The position numbers were made by a program, and so were the translations under genes. A stretch of 64,000 nucleotides of DNA from IMG/VR virus record IMGVR_UViG_3300028569_000023, positions 22,036-86,035 of that record. The stretch is one strand, 5' to 3'. This document shows positions 19,654 through 31,300 of this stretch, piece by piece; the stretch's first letter is position 1; every line of letters begins with the position of its first letter. Source of the DNA: a virus. A model generated the notes under the pieces. The model had not been told where the DNA came from and ran no database searches. It worked only from the letters and a program-made list of their open reading frames with translations.

Positions 19654-19881
19654 ATGAGATACTTGAGAGACCCTAAAACTAAACAACCGTCCGTAACGCT
19701 AACAGCGTTTGTTACAGGATTCGGAGTGGCAGCTTTGAAACTACTATTCTCCGGAGTTCAATTGACTGCTACTTATAAACTTCCAGAGTTTAACGGCGTA
19801 GACTTTGCTGCGGTCGTCGGAGCTTTGGGTGCAATCTACGCTATGAGACGTACACCTGGCGATACCGAGGAGAAACTATGA
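19654..19881 (+). CDS. putative holin (two TM helices)
   Basis: 75 aa, two hydrophobic segments, charged C-terminus; precedes spanin-like genes. Confidence 0.55.
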   Translation: MRYLRDPKTKQPSVTLTAFVTGFGVAALKLLFSGVQLTATYKLPEFNGVDFAAVVGALGAIYAMRRTPGDTEEKL

Positions 19882-20153
19882 AAAAGCTTTGGGGTTATAT
19901 CGCTGGAGCATTCGCTCTAATTGTCGGATTGTTCTTTATGGAAAGAACTAAGCGTAAAAGCGCAGAAGCGTTAAACGAGAATAACGAAGCACTTAAGAAA
20001 GTAGACGAACTTGAAGCGAAGGTGAAAGTTAATCACGAACGTCTTCAAGTCGAAGAAATTAATCGTAAAGAACAAGTGGCAGCACTTGAGAAAGCTAAAG
20101 ATGAAGAACTGTCTGCTAAAGCTCTTGTCGATTTCTTTAATCGCAGGAAGTAA
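19878..20153 (+). CDS. putative i-spanin (Rz-like)
   Basis: N-terminal TM then coiled coil. Confidence 0.55.
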   Translation: MKKLWGYIAGAFALIVGLFFMERTKRKSAEALNENNEALKKVDELEAKVKVNHERLQVEEINRKEQVAALEKAKDEELSAKALVDFFNRRK

Positions 20154-20499
20154 CGCATCTTTTGCGTATGACTCTGTGCTCCTTCAAAAGGGAACTCCTT
20201 CCCCTTTTGAGGGTGTTTTGTTTTCTACGGAAGACGCCGGAAAACTCCGCGTTGAACTTCTTGAAAAAGAAACATACCAGTTACTAAATGAATCATACCA
20301 GAAAAGCTTTAATCTTGTAGAAGCTAGTAATAAGCTTAAAGACGAACAGTTCGATCTTGTGATGAAGCGTAATCTCGAACTCACGAAGTCTCTAAACTCC
20401 CAGAAAGATATGAACGATTGGGAGAAATTCATGTGGTTTGGACTAGGAATTCTAACCTCAACATTAACCGTATATGGCATTAAAAACGCAACTAAGTGA
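20101..20499 (+). CDS. putative spanin partner (signal peptide, coiled coil, C-terminal TM)
   Basis: overlaps the Rz-like gene; signal peptide ending ASFA; C-terminal hydrophobic helix. Confidence 0.45.
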   Translation: MKNCLLKLLSISLIAGSNASFAYDSVLLQKGTPSPFEGVLFSTEDAGKLRVELLEKETYQLLNESYQKSFNLVEASNKLKDEQFDLVMKRNLELTKSLNSQKDMNDWEKFMWFGLGILTSTLTVYGIKNATK

Positions 20500-21127
20500 T
20501 CAGGACCTTTTAAAGCTTTTACAAGACACTTCACATTTAGAAGCAGCTCGTCCTGTTTCAAAAGATCACTACGCTGATTTTGTAGAGTTTTACGGACTTA
20601 TTCCCGGAGATAACAATGTCTCTAAAAAACTCGTATATCAGATCTTCAAGAATTACACACTATCCGAAGATTCCTATAGAACATTCGGTTCTCAAATCTC
20701 TCTTTATATTCCAGAAGTTGACGATAAATTCATTAAGATTAACCTTGAAACTTCAAAACTCGGTCAAATCCTTAAACAGCTAAAAGCATTACACGAATCG
20801 TCTAATATCTCGTATTCCCAGAATATCGCCCCTATTTTCGACTTTTTAACCGAAAACGAGGTAGAGGCAGGGAATGATGTTAAAGTCTCGCTAAAGGCGT
20901 TTTATTCGCTTTTAAAGAAGAGATCTAAAGGTATTAAAATGTCAGTTCTAAAGACGGAACTAGACAAGTTATTAACTCCAAAAGTCACATCTAAAGGGGT
21001 TATGTACTCGGTATCTAACAGTATTTTAAATAATATATCATTGGATGATATAAAGAAAGCAACGGATGGCAAAAAAACAAACAAAAAGAAGTCGCGAAAA
21101 GTACCCAAATCTAAAACCAGAACTTAA
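20474..21127 (+). CDS. hypothetical protein (possible tandem winged-helix)
   Basis: two similar segments (F..FY.L.PGD..VS.K..Y..F / F.....EAGNDVKVS.K.FY). Confidence 0.5.
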   Translation: MALKTQLSDQDLLKLLQDTSHLEAARPVSKDHYADFVEFYGLIPGDNNVSKKLVYQIFKNYTLSEDSYRTFGSQISLYIPEVDDKFIKINLETSKLGQILKQLKALHESSNISYSQNIAPIFDFLTENEVEAGNDVKVSLKAFYSLLKKRSKGIKMSVLKTELDKLLTPKVTSKGVMYSVSNSILNNISLDDIKKATDGKKTNKKKSRKVPKSKTRT

Positions 21128-21482
21128 TCTTAAAACAAGGTTCGAGCAGTTATCGATTGATTACTTGGATAAGTTAAACGATTCTGAGAAAGAATGGCTT
21201 AACAAGTTTAACGGTGAATACGTCGGGGCTTCTTTTAATAAAGACAATAGGAAGAATATCCAAAAGTCTAAAGCTCATCGAAAAGATAGTTACGATAGGA
21301 ATAATGCAAGAAATCGTTGCGTTTTAACTAGAGCTAAAGCTACAGGAATTGTTGACTATATCGAAGAAATTAAACCTGAACGGTTCATTACTGAACAAGA
21401 AGATGAGCTAATCTACAATATCGATACTCAAAGGTTCTTAGATGAGCTTGGAGACAGTGAAGATGGCAGTAGCGACGAGTGA
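21066..21482 (+). CDS. hypothetical basic protein
   Basis: last gene of the + arm; converges with the - arm. Confidence 0.6.
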   Translation: MAKKQTKRSREKYPNLKPELNLKTRFEQLSIDYLDKLNDSEKEWLNKFNGEYVGASFNKDNRKNIQKSKAHRKDSYDRNNARNRCVLTRAKATGIVDYIEEIKPERFITEQEDELIYNIDTQRFLDELGDSEDGSSDE

Positions 21483-21716
21483 TATTACTCCAATTACCTG
21501 AAGACCTACTTTAACGAAAGTAGTGATATTTCTGGCAGGAGCTAATTCTTTACGAAGACCTTCTAGGGATTCTTCTAAAAGATTAGTACGTTTAATATGA
21601 GTTTCGATATCTTTAGCTTGAACACCGAGTGTAACTTTAATGTCGTTAGTATCGCGTTCAATACGATCTAACTTCTGGTATACCTGTTCAAAAAATACAT
21701 CATCCTTGATTTCCAT
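21438..21716 (-). CDS. coiled-coil protein with C-terminal TM helix
   Basis: heptad pattern then hydrophobic C-terminus. Confidence 0.6.
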   Translation of the reverse strand: MEIKDDVFFEQVYQKLDRIERDTNDIKVTLGVQAKDIETHIKRTNLLEESLEGLRKELAPARNITTFVKVGLQVIGVISLVATAIFTVSKLI

Positions 21717-21725
21717 ATTACACCC

Positions 21726-23639
21726 TTATTCGTTATCTTCGTCGTTTTCGTCAAGTCCGAAATCGAAATCACGCATAGCGTTTCTCGTTTCAGGATTTTG
21801 CATCATTGAGAACAGAACGGCATTACGACCGACTGATCCTTTGTTTTCCATTGCGTTAATTAAGTTATCACCAAAACGTTTAAGTCTTGGATCTTGTTGC
21901 ATTCTAATAGCAGCAGATTTAAGCTGATCGTCAGACATAGAAAATACCTTTTGGGTGAATTTAGGAATGTCTTTAATTACAGCCGGAGTTGCTTCGGAAA
22001 TGGCTTTAGTAGCGCGACCCGCAACGTTACCGAATGCATTTAAACGACCTCTCCATGTAGGAGCTGCTCCTTTTGTTATAGCAGAAGTAGCAAGTCCTGA
22101 TACTGAAGTAGGAACACCTGTCCCTGCCGATTCGTTTACTGCTCCAACTATCGATTTTCTAATTGCCATTTTATCAGCATCGTTTCTGATCGAATTAGTT
22201 AAATCTGATATATCTTTGTATCCTAGTTTTTTAATAAAACCAGGTTCAAGTTGTTCCATTTTTTGAACATTTTCTATCAATCCTGAGAAAGTAGTAGCGC
22301 CTTCAAAGCGGTGTCCTCCGGGACCTCCGATTTGCTCCATAGTACCTTTTACGTATTTATAAAGATCACTATATTTATTATTTAAGTCCTTAAATTGAGG
22401 TTTATCTGTTATAAATTCAGCAGGAACATCACCTACTGACTTATTAATCGCAACAGGATCGAATACTGTTTTACGTAATTCCCTAAAACTATCATTAGCT
22501 TGTTTAAATCCTGGAACTTGATCTTCCAATGCGCCGCGTAATGATTTACTGAATTCTTTAGCTACAGTGCGAAGATCTGGATTCTGTAAACGATTAGATA
22601 GAGCTATAACTTCTTCTCTAAATTGATCAGCAGCTAATGGTGACATATTAGAACTAGACAAATCTAAAATCTGCTTATTAAGTTTTTCTAATTCCATTTT
22701 ACCGAGTAAATTAGGATTTAGTTCAATGATAGCACTTACTCTTTTAACAACATCATCGAGTTGGGGATCGATATTGATTTTTAAATTAGATGCCGATGTC
22801 TTCTCTAAAATCTCGCCCAGCGCCGCGCCGCGAGACATATCTATTTCTTGCAATCGACCAGCTAATGCTGTAGCAGGAGCGTTAACTTCTCCAGCCATAC
22901 GAGTAACTGCTGTATCTCCAGCATTTAATACGACACCTTCAGTTCCTTCTTTAAACGATCCTATGAATTGTCTAAGAGCAACGTTATCTAATCGTTGGTT
23001 ATCGGCAGCTTTAGCTGCGACATTACTGCCTTTAGTGAAGAACTCGCCAGCTAATCCTAGAGGAGCACCGTATGCAACGGACGATTTAGCAGTTTCGTAT
23101 GCTTGTTCTGGAGCATCGGCTAGCGTTTCGGATTGTCCTACGCCTTGAACCGCGCCTTGAAGCGCTAATTCTCCGAGTTTAGCCCCGCCGACTTTTGCTA
23201 ATTGTTTAACTCCGCCTTGTTTAACTGCTTCTCTGAGTCCAGTTTGAGCCAGTTTACGAGCACCGCCCGTTAAAAGACTACCGCCGCCAGAAAGCAAGGA
23301 AGGAGCAATAGCTCCGCCAAATTCGGCGACAGATGATAATACAGGACTACGTTCTTGTGCTTGTTCATAGCGTTTACGTTCGATGTCACGATATTGAGCG
23401 TATAAATCAGAAAGATCTTTTTCGCTTCCGGCGACTTTTGCTGCAACTCCACGACCTGCTCCTGCTAGTTCATCTGAGAATCCCATAGTTAGACCTTGAG
23501 CCCCGGCGGAAGCTACGTCTTCTAGGGTATCGGAAACTGCGGAACTTTCTTGCGTAGCAGGTAGATCTTTTCCGTATTGCTTTTCTAGAGCATCCAATTC
23601 TTCTAATTCTTGGAGTTCTTTTAGTTCTTCAGGAGTCAT
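21726..23639 (-). CDS. putative internal virion (ejection) protein
   Basis: Ala/Gly-rich helical; GAQGLTMGFSDELAG-type motif; position after the nozzle. Confidence 0.65.
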   Translation of the reverse strand: MTPEELKELQELEELDALEKQYGKDLPATQESSAVSDTLEDVASAGAQGLTMGFSDELAGAGRGVAAKVAGSEKDLSDLYAQYRDIERKRYEQAQERSPVLSSVAEFGGAIAPSLLSGGGSLLTGGARKLAQTGLREAVKQGGVKQLAKVGGAKLGELALQGAVQGVGQSETLADAPEQAYETAKSSVAYGAPLGLAGEFFTKGSNVAAKAADNQRLDNVALRQFIGSFKEGTEGVVLNAGDTAVTRMAGEVNAPATALAGRLQEIDMSRGAALGEILEKTSASNLKINIDPQLDDVVKRVSAIIELNPNLLGKMELEKLNKQILDLSSSNMSPLAADQFREEVIALSNRLQNPDLRTVAKEFSKSLRGALEDQVPGFKQANDSFRELRKTVFDPVAINKSVGDVPAEFITDKPQFKDLNNKYSDLYKYVKGTMEQIGGPGGHRFEGATTFSGLIENVQKMEQLEPGFIKKLGYKDISDLTNSIRNDADKMAIRKSIVGAVNESAGTGVPTSVSGLATSAITKGAAPTWRGRLNAFGNVAGRATKAISEATPAVIKDIPKFTQKVFSMSDDQLKSAAIRMQQDPRLKRFGDNLINAMENKGSVGRNAVLFSMMQNPETRNAMRDFDFGLDENDEDNE

Positions 23640-25198
23640 TATTGTTTCCTCGGTTTAGCTCTAAGTTCTAGCAGTCGCTTTTTATTATCTTCATCGGAAC
23701 GAGATTGAATTAATTCATTCACTTGTGTAGATACTGAACTATTAGATGTTTTAGGAGTTAATTCATTTTGCATCGATTCTTCAAGTAGTAAAGGATCGAA
23801 TTCTCCAAAACGTTCTTCTGGAATACCTCTTTGTTTCGCTATTGCTTTTAAAGGAGTAGTTCTTGTTTTATACTGCTGTTTAGCACTAGATTCTGTCTGT
23901 TTTGCTATATCTAGCACTCCTTGACGGAACGATGGGCTTAATAGAGCACTCGATCCAATTTTCTTCAATCTAATACCTGCTGATTCCAAAATAGACATTC
24001 CTTTTTGTGTCAATTCGATTTCGCTGTCCCGGACAGCAGATTCAGGATCTAATAGCTTAATGAATTCATAGAGAATACTGACATCACGAGGTCCAGGATT
24101 GGCACCATTTCGAATAGCATCGAAGTTTTGTTCTATCGATTGTTTAGCTCTATTAACTTTTTGGTAAGGAGCGAATTCTTCAGCGGATCGTTTCTCTGCT
24201 ACCGTAACAAATTTATCATGTCTATCTTTTACTTTTTGTTCAGCTTTATCTTCTCTAGCATCTCGACGATCTTCGCGATTACCTATCATTTGTTCTAGTT
24301 GAAGTTGACGATTAAGTTCAGCATTTCGCTGTGCTTCGAATTGAGGTAAAAGTTCTTTTAAAACTTTACCGGAAACATCGCCTTTGATGTTATATCCTTT
24401 AGAGATAGCTATTTGTTTATACAATCTAGAAGCAGGACTTGTAGGATCATTGTCTTGCATTTCGATATCAGCTTTAGCTCGTTGTTCTAAACGAACAGCA
24501 TTTTCATCCATTAGTTTAGCAGCGGAGTCATCGATTTCGTATGTTCCACCAGCAATAGCTTTACCTAATTGACTACCCATACGAGTTAGAAGCGCATAAT
24601 TACGTTGTTTATCTGCCTCGGATCGAGCAGTATCGGTTAGTTCTTGTTCGCTAGGACCTTCGCGAGTTCCGATGTCGATATCGATTGGATCGAATTTAAG
24701 TTCAGGCATTTCGAAATTACGTTCTAATGCTTTTTCTTCTACTTTTTGAGAAGAAGGAACTAGTGAGGTATCGTCAATTGTTTCAGGTTGTTTCTGTTCC
24801 GGAGCTTTATTCTCATCTGAACCCGCAGGTTTAGAAGCTTCACTGACATTTGGTTTATCGTCACGGAGCGCCGCGTATAGAGCTGCACCCGCTCCCGCTG
24901 CTAAACCTAATTTACCGCCGTGTTTGCCGAGAAAAGACATAAGTCCTGACTTAGGAATAGATTTACCGCCGACGATCATAGCGTCGTCAATGACGCCGGG
25001 TGCACGTTTAGCAACAGGGACATCAGGTTTTGGATCGGGAACACGTTTAGAAGCGAGTACTTCTTCTAGAAGATTAGGATCTTCAGTTAAAAACGCACCA
25101 GCAGATTGACGAGCGGATTTAGGATCGAGCCCCAATCCTGTATTCTCGCTAATAGCTTGCACATATGGGAATTTAGAGGGTTTTTTCGGTTTAGCCAT
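23639..25198 (-). CDS. putative internal virion (ejection) protein
   Basis: helical; FIKLLDPESAVRDSE motif; one hydrophobic segment. Confidence 0.62.
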   Translation of the reverse strand: MAKPKKPSKFPYVQAISENTGLGLDPKSARQSAGAFLTEDPNLLEEVLASKRVPDPKPDVPVAKRAPGVIDDAMIVGGKSIPKSGLMSFLGKHGGKLGLAAGAGAALYAALRDDKPNVSEASKPAGSDENKAPEQKQPETIDDTSLVPSSQKVEEKALERNFEMPELKFDPIDIDIGTREGPSEQELTDTARSEADKQRNYALLTRMGSQLGKAIAGGTYEIDDSAAKLMDENAVRLEQRAKADIEMQDNDPTSPASRLYKQIAISKGYNIKGDVSGKVLKELLPQFEAQRNAELNRQLQLEQMIGNREDRRDAREDKAEQKVKDRHDKFVTVAEKRSAEEFAPYQKVNRAKQSIEQNFDAIRNGANPGPRDVSILYEFIKLLDPESAVRDSEIELTQKGMSILESAGIRLKKIGSSALLSPSFRQGVLDIAKQTESSAKQQYKTRTTPLKAIAKQRGIPEERFGEFDPLLLEESMQNELTPKTSNSSVSTQVNELIQSRSDEDNKKRLLELRAKPRKQ

Positions 25199-26334
25199 TA
25201 CGCTTGTCCTAATCCTGCAATCGCTTTCTTGCGTTGTTCATCAGCGTCTTTAACTTCGAGATCTGCTGCTTTATTTACGAAATCTTCAGTTTTACGAGCG
25301 TCGGATTTAAAAAGACCAGCGTCGGACGCGAGACCTAATCCTTTACCCGCAATATCTCCTAACATTCCCCACTTATTAGCGGAAGATTGTCCGGAAGCAG
25401 TAGCACGAGCAGCTGCGCCTGTTTTAAGATCAGCGAGGCGGCCTAATTGACCTGCTTTATTTTCGTACATAGTTTGTTCGGCTTGACGTTGACGTTCTTT
25501 TTCAGCATTAGACTGAACAACGTTACGATTAGAAGTTTGTTGAGCGTTCACTAAATTAGCACGCTCTGCTGCGTTTTTAGCATCGATGTTACGAGTTTGC
25601 ATAGTTACGCTGTTTTGATATAACATTTGATTTCTAAGATCTTCTGCGTCAGCTTTCGCTTTATTAATATCGAATTCCTGACCCCTGATATTACCAGAAA
25701 GACTACCCATTTGTCCAGCGGCTTCTAGAGCACGTCTAGAAGCCTGTGCTGCGATATCCAGACCTGCGCTTCTTGAACGATTAGCTGATTGTTGACCAGC
25801 GTTTAAACGAGCAATAAGTTCTGCACCAGATCCGCCTTGGCCGCGTTGTTGCATATCCTGGATGATCGATTGTTCTTGACCGCGAGTTTGTGCAGCTTGT
25901 TCATCTTGTAATTGAGCAAGTTCAGCGCGTTCTTCGGGACCTAAACCGCTCTGCGCTGCGCCTGAAAGGATTTCAAGAGCTTTACGTTGAGAAGAACCAA
26001 GGGAAGGGTCTTCTTGGATCTGAGCAGCTTTAGACATTTCAAGGTCTAGTTTTTGTTCTAGCTCTGGGGTATAAATACCTTCGACTTTAAATTGATCCAG
26101 CATAATCTCGCGGGCCAGATCTGGCCCTGCGCCTACTTCTTTAATAAGACGTTCGGCTTCCGCGTATGCTGCTTCTGCTTTCTTTTTAGCGGAATTACCG
26201 CTAAATAGACCTACTATACCACCTAATAGGCCGCCTGCTACTGAACCTATAGCAGTCCCTACTCCAGGAACGATAGATCCTATTGCCGCACCTGCTTGTG
26301 CTCCGGTTGTACCGCCGCTGATTGCATCTGCCAT
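25198..26334 (-). CDS. putative ejection/pilot protein with glycine zipper
   Basis: GAAIGSIVPGVGTAIGSVAGGLLGG followed by Gln/Ala coiled coil. Confidence 0.68.
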   Translation of the reverse strand: MADAISGGTTGAQAGAAIGSIVPGVGTAIGSVAGGLLGGIVGLFSGNSAKKKAEAAYAEAERLIKEVGAGPDLAREIMLDQFKVEGIYTPELEQKLDLEMSKAAQIQEDPSLGSSQRKALEILSGAAQSGLGPEERAELAQLQDEQAAQTRGQEQSIIQDMQQRGQGGSGAELIARLNAGQQSANRSRSAGLDIAAQASRRALEAAGQMGSLSGNIRGQEFDINKAKADAEDLRNQMLYQNSVTMQTRNIDAKNAAERANLVNAQQTSNRNVVQSNAEKERQRQAEQTMYENKAGQLGRLADLKTGAAARATASGQSSANKWGMLGDIAGKGLGLASDAGLFKSDARKTEDFVNKAADLEVKDADEQRKKAIAGLGQA

Positions 26335-27824
26335 TAGAATGTACCTACTTTTCCTAGATTATTTAAATACTGTTTATACGCATCGACTGAATTGAGATTA
26401 CCGTAGTTTGATGCTTTCTGACGCGTTTCATTGACTTTAGATCCAGCTAGGTCTAATGCTTCCTTTTGTAGCTTATTAGCCTGTACTATTAGACGGTCAC
26501 GTTCCTTTTTATCACCGGGATATCTCTTATCTAATTTAGCGTAGATATCTCTGAGTTCAGGTTTTTGACTAGCAAAGAACTCTCGGTCTCCTGGGTTTTT
26601 ATTATGTATTGCACTATTTTGTGCGGCTTTAGAATTGGTAATATAATGTTGTAAACGTTCTGCTTCTTTATTCAAGTTATTTTGTTCATTACGAGTACGG
26701 GATAAACCTTCGATACTTGATTTATCTTTTAGATCGGCAGTACTTTCTTTATATTGTCCAGCTTTATCATAAGCACCGACTTCTTTACCGGATAGTTTCT
26801 GAAGCGCTTTAAGTTGAGCGGCTTTTTCTGGACTCATGAAAGACGAAACGTCAGAAAGAACGTCTTGTCCTTGTTGTTGTAAGTTCATAATCTTAGCAAT
26901 TTGAGCACCTGCTTCAGGACCTGAAAGACCCGAATTCACTAGAGCGTCATACTGAGATGACATATAGTCAGTATCTTCTTTACTAAGACCTAATTGTGAT
27001 CCTATTTGTGAAATCTGTTCTTTACGACGATTATTATTGTTCAATCCTTTTTCATCAGGAGCAGAAAGAGCGCTTGCTGCTCCGGTCATTGCATTAGATT
27101 TAGCTAATTCGCGTTCTTGTGCTATTTTTTGAACACCTTCAGCTTCGGAGCTAATTCCAGTAATCCCTGTGTCTAAAGTATTCTTAGTTTGAGTACCGAA
27201 TGTTTGATTTTCTGCGGCAGCTTGTTTAGCGGCACCTTCAGCTTGACCGATTTGTTGTTCAACTCCGCGAGATAGACCGCGTAATGCTCCAGATGCGGCT
27301 TGGATACGTTTAGCGTCTTGACCAAGAAGGAGAGCATCGGTGCGTTGAGTACCTTGTGTGTATTTAGAAGTAGGATTGAATTGCTGAAGAAGACCATATC
27401 GGCCTTGTTCAGTATTAGAACCACGAGCTAGTGTGTTAGCACGTTCTGCTTCATTTTTAAGTTCATCTTGATTTCGTAGGGTCTTAGGACCTTGATATGT
27501 GCCCGAACTAAAGCGGCTGATAGCAGCTACGTCCTGATCATCGACATTACCAGTCGCTGCCTTACCGATGATAGCATCACGTTGAGCGGCTTGTTCTTGT
27601 CCGAAAGCGTTTTGTTTTAAGTCTTGATTGAAACGATCAGCAGCATTAGCTGTTGCTTGTTGGATATTTTGTCCAGTTTGTTGAAGACTACCAGCGACAG
27701 CGGAACCTAATTGATTACCTTTATTGGCATCAATTACTTTATTTAAATTAGTAAACCCTGAACCTTTTTGCTTTTGTTTACGAGGATCTGAAGAACCTGG
27801 GTTTTGAGGAGGCATAATAGGCAT
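26334..27824 (-). CDS. putative internal virion protein
   Basis: Gln/Ala/Gly-rich; first gene of the ejection cluster. Confidence 0.6.
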   Translation of the reverse strand: MPIMPPQNPGSSDPRKQKQKGSGFTNLNKVIDANKGNQLGSAVAGSLQQTGQNIQQATANAADRFNQDLKQNAFGQEQAAQRDAIIGKAATGNVDDQDVAAISRFSSGTYQGPKTLRNQDELKNEAERANTLARGSNTEQGRYGLLQQFNPTSKYTQGTQRTDALLLGQDAKRIQAASGALRGLSRGVEQQIGQAEGAAKQAAAENQTFGTQTKNTLDTGITGISSEAEGVQKIAQERELAKSNAMTGAASALSAPDEKGLNNNNRRKEQISQIGSQLGLSKEDTDYMSSQYDALVNSGLSGPEAGAQIAKIMNLQQQGQDVLSDVSSFMSPEKAAQLKALQKLSGKEVGAYDKAGQYKESTADLKDKSSIEGLSRTRNEQNNLNKEAERLQHYITNSKAAQNSAIHNKNPGDREFFASQKPELRDIYAKLDKRYPGDKKERDRLIVQANKLQKEALDLAGSKVNETRQKASNYGNLNSVDAYKQYLNNLGKVGTF

Positions 27825-27863
27825 TGTTCAATAATATCCTTATCTTATAGTTGTTAACTCGCG

Positions 27864-28289
27864 TTAGTTCCAAATCACTAGTTTTAAACGGTATTTTTGA
27901 TTTGCTTGTAAACCGCTGATATTATTAAGCTGGAATTTACCTTGACTGTTTAGAGTCCAGGTTACAAACGGTTGGGCCGTAGGATAAATGCTTGAATTAT
28001 CAAGGTTTGTGGCATTTATTACCGAACAACCGATAATAGGAAGCTGAGTATCAGGCGTTACTGTAATAGTCGTGGTAGGCTTACCGTTCGAATCCACAAT
28101 AACATCCACGTCTTTAACAGTTGATGCCAGATTATCGGCAAGAGTGATCTTTTTCTTTAGAGCTTCATATAGAATCTCAAAGTTGATGTTTACAGTACTA
28201 GCAAGAGCATCAGCGAAATCCTGATACTCTTTTTGAAAGTCTGTTTTGTAGAGGCGACGAAATCCAGGGATTAAAATTTGACTACCCAT
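27864..28289 (-). CDS. putative virion protein
   Basis: position downstream of the nozzle; helical N-terminus, beta C-terminus. Confidence 0.5.
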   Translation of the reverse strand: MGSQILIPGFRRLYKTDFQKEYQDFADALASTVNINFEILYEALKKKITLADNLASTVKDVDVIVDSNGKPTTTITVTPDTQLPIIGCSVINATNLDNSSIYPTAQPFVTWTLNSQGKFQLNNISGLQANQKYRLKLVIWN

Positions 28290-28308
28290 CCTTTACTGAT
28301 AAACACAA

Positions 28309-31300
28309 TTAGCTCCTATAAGCTCTTTCAGATTGACCAATTGAACCAGTTAGCGTGATCCCGTTAATCTTATAAACTTCACGAGCAACTGAGTGTTCAT
28401 AACGTAATCTCATGAAACGACAACGTTGACATTGACGAGGTACATAAGTTCTAAATGGAGCAGCATGTGAATTACCGCCGAAGAAACCGGAACCGAAATC
28501 TCCGTATCCAAATGCTCCGTTACCATCGCTATCGAATTGTACAGGGATAAACTCTGGAAGTAGATCTGTGGCAAACGATAGAGTAGCACGAGTAAAAGCT
28601 CTATTCTCAAACATTACAGTTGACTCTCTAAGGTGCTTCCATCCAAGTGGATCTTGCATAGTGATTGGAGAGTACTCAACAGTCGTATCGATAGATTCAA
28701 AAATAGTAATAGGTCCTTCGATAAAATCTAAGGCATAATTCAAGGTCAAGGTTTTAGTGACGCGATTAACGTTTAATATCACTGCCTCTAGAGTCGTAAC
28801 ATTGTTTAGATATTGATAATTACTAAACGAAACCCCTGAATCGGAATTAAGTTTATTAATAATAGCATTGTAACATGTAGAGATATCGTTAAAGTTATTA
28901 TCTAGAGTGATCCATGATAACGACCCGCTGATACCTACTGTCAAAACCTCTACGGGAATAGTGAACGTATTAGCATCCAGTACTGTTACAGTGTGGATAC
29001 CGTTTAGGCTAGGTGATGAATTACTACCTGAAATATCAATAACGCGTCCTGTTAATAGACCGTGAGAAGGAGCGGTAATAACAACGGGACTTGATTCTGT
29101 TATACCTGTAGTATTAGAAACTGTTCCTGATTTTGTAGAAATAACACTTTCGTAATCAGTAGCCACCACGTTAGAATCTAGGTCTAGTTTTTGAGCAAGA
29201 GCTAATAGTTTAATACGCATATTGTTGTTAGCGATAGCCTTTAAACTTGAGAAATAATCATTTCCGCTAGGTCCTGTATCTAGATCTAACTTTTTCAAAA
29301 GCTGATTATATGAATATACAGTAACAATAGGTGTCTGAACTACTACGTCGCCTTCGTTGAAATCAGTAACTGAATTTAGGCGTAAGGTTTTATTAGCTTT
29401 AGTGTAACTAGCCGTTGCAATAGTTGCTGAATATTCACGATCCGCGTAATCAGTTCTATCGTAATCTTTACGTTCTTGACGTATATAGTTCTCCACGGCT
29501 GAACCTAGATACATCAAATCGTCAACAGGGTTTATAATACCGCAAGTACTAGCTAGGTCAAGAGTGGTCCATGTTTGAGTTAATGTATGATAACGGTACG
29601 CTATAGCGGCGTAGGTATCTGATTTATTCTTAACTGTCCAAACTGTATAACTTTGATCAGAATCGTAAGCAACGCCAAATGTCGATGTCTTAAATCCAGG
29701 ATATACGTTAGACGCAGTAGGAAGGATGAGATTATCGATAGCTCGACTAATAGGAGATACACCTGATTCGGTAATTTGAACAATACCGCCGCGTTCCCAT
29801 CCGAAAATAGAGTTCTCTAGAATAGCTAAAGAGTCAGGAGCGAGCAGTGTTGCAGACCCGTCGAATAGAGTGACGTTAAACGGCGATACTTCTCCGGATA
29901 AACGGTAAATACCATCCCCTTTGAAGACGAATAGACTATCACGGAGTGCGAAGATTCGACTAATAGCTTGGTCTTTTGCTCCGATATCGATATAGTTAGC
30001 AATCGGCACCGCTTCAGGTTGCTGATACTTGGAATAGTAAAGGCGATTGCCACGATTTTCGTTATCTGAGAATTCACTGTTTGTAGCAAGAGTTAGATAT
30101 CCAACGGTTCCCGCTTCTGAAACTTGAGTATCGATAGTAAAAGTATTAGTTGTTGTGTTCTTTACAACCCAAGGACCATCAATAGATGGAACAGAATTAG
30201 ATCCAGTAATAAGAACAGTTTGACCGTTCTTAAATCCATGAGAAGTTGCTGTAATTTGAGCACTAGATGCAGTAGAGATAGCAGTAATTCCTAATTCTGC
30301 TGAAATATCAGGGCTAAATGTCGAACCAGTCGAAGCATCTCCGGCATTGACATAGAATGGAGTTTCATTGATATTCAAAGTACGAGACTCGAATAACATT
30401 TTACCTGCAACATCCTCCGCGCCTGATAGATAGTATCCATAAACAGTTTCGAGTTTGTTATTGTTTATAGCGTTAATTAAATTACGAGCCGTTTCATCGG
30501 TGGAGATAGAAGGAGATATTTCTGCTGATTTTTCAACAGTTAGAACTCCTAGTTGATCGACAACGTAGCTGAATGCAGGAGAAGATCCTGTTAAATTTGC
30601 ACAAAATTTAGCATTCCCGATGCCGATATTCGTAATAGTAACATCATCTCCAGAATTAACGGCGATGAATTCTTCGGAGATCTCAGAGTTCACTGCATTT
30701 TTAACGGCAGTCGCGATAGTAGCAGCGGTATCGTTTGTTAGGATATCGACTTGAATGCCAGTTAGACCTGCGGGTGTTGGATTTGAACCAATTCCGCTTA
30801 CTTTAAACCAAAGATAGTACGCTTTGCGATTAAAAGGAGAGTATAGAGTGAAAGCTTTACCTGCTAGACTTCCGGCAACATCTGCGACACATGTGATAGT
30901 CTGGATTTGTTCTGAGAGTTCTTGACCGATCCCGCGAGTTAGCACTGTGGCTGATAGAATATTGACAGTTTGTACAATAGTTACAGGATCTGAATAACCG
31001 GATTCCGAGTTAGTAATAGTAACAGATCCAGAATAGTCCACACAGTTAAAATCGTTGATATACGGAGCTAGCCCTTGTGCGATTTTGGCACTAATTTCAG
31101 CAGTAGTGGTTACTGTGGAGATGTCAATACGAACACCGATATAACCAGCGGGAGTAGGATCTGTAGTACTTCCGGTATCATCGAACCATACTGCATATCT
31201 ACGTAAGTTACCAGTTGAACTTAGTACGAAATAAGACGCATCTTCAATAAACATACTTAAACCAATTGTCGTTGAACGAGCTTCGGCAAGGATAAAAGGA

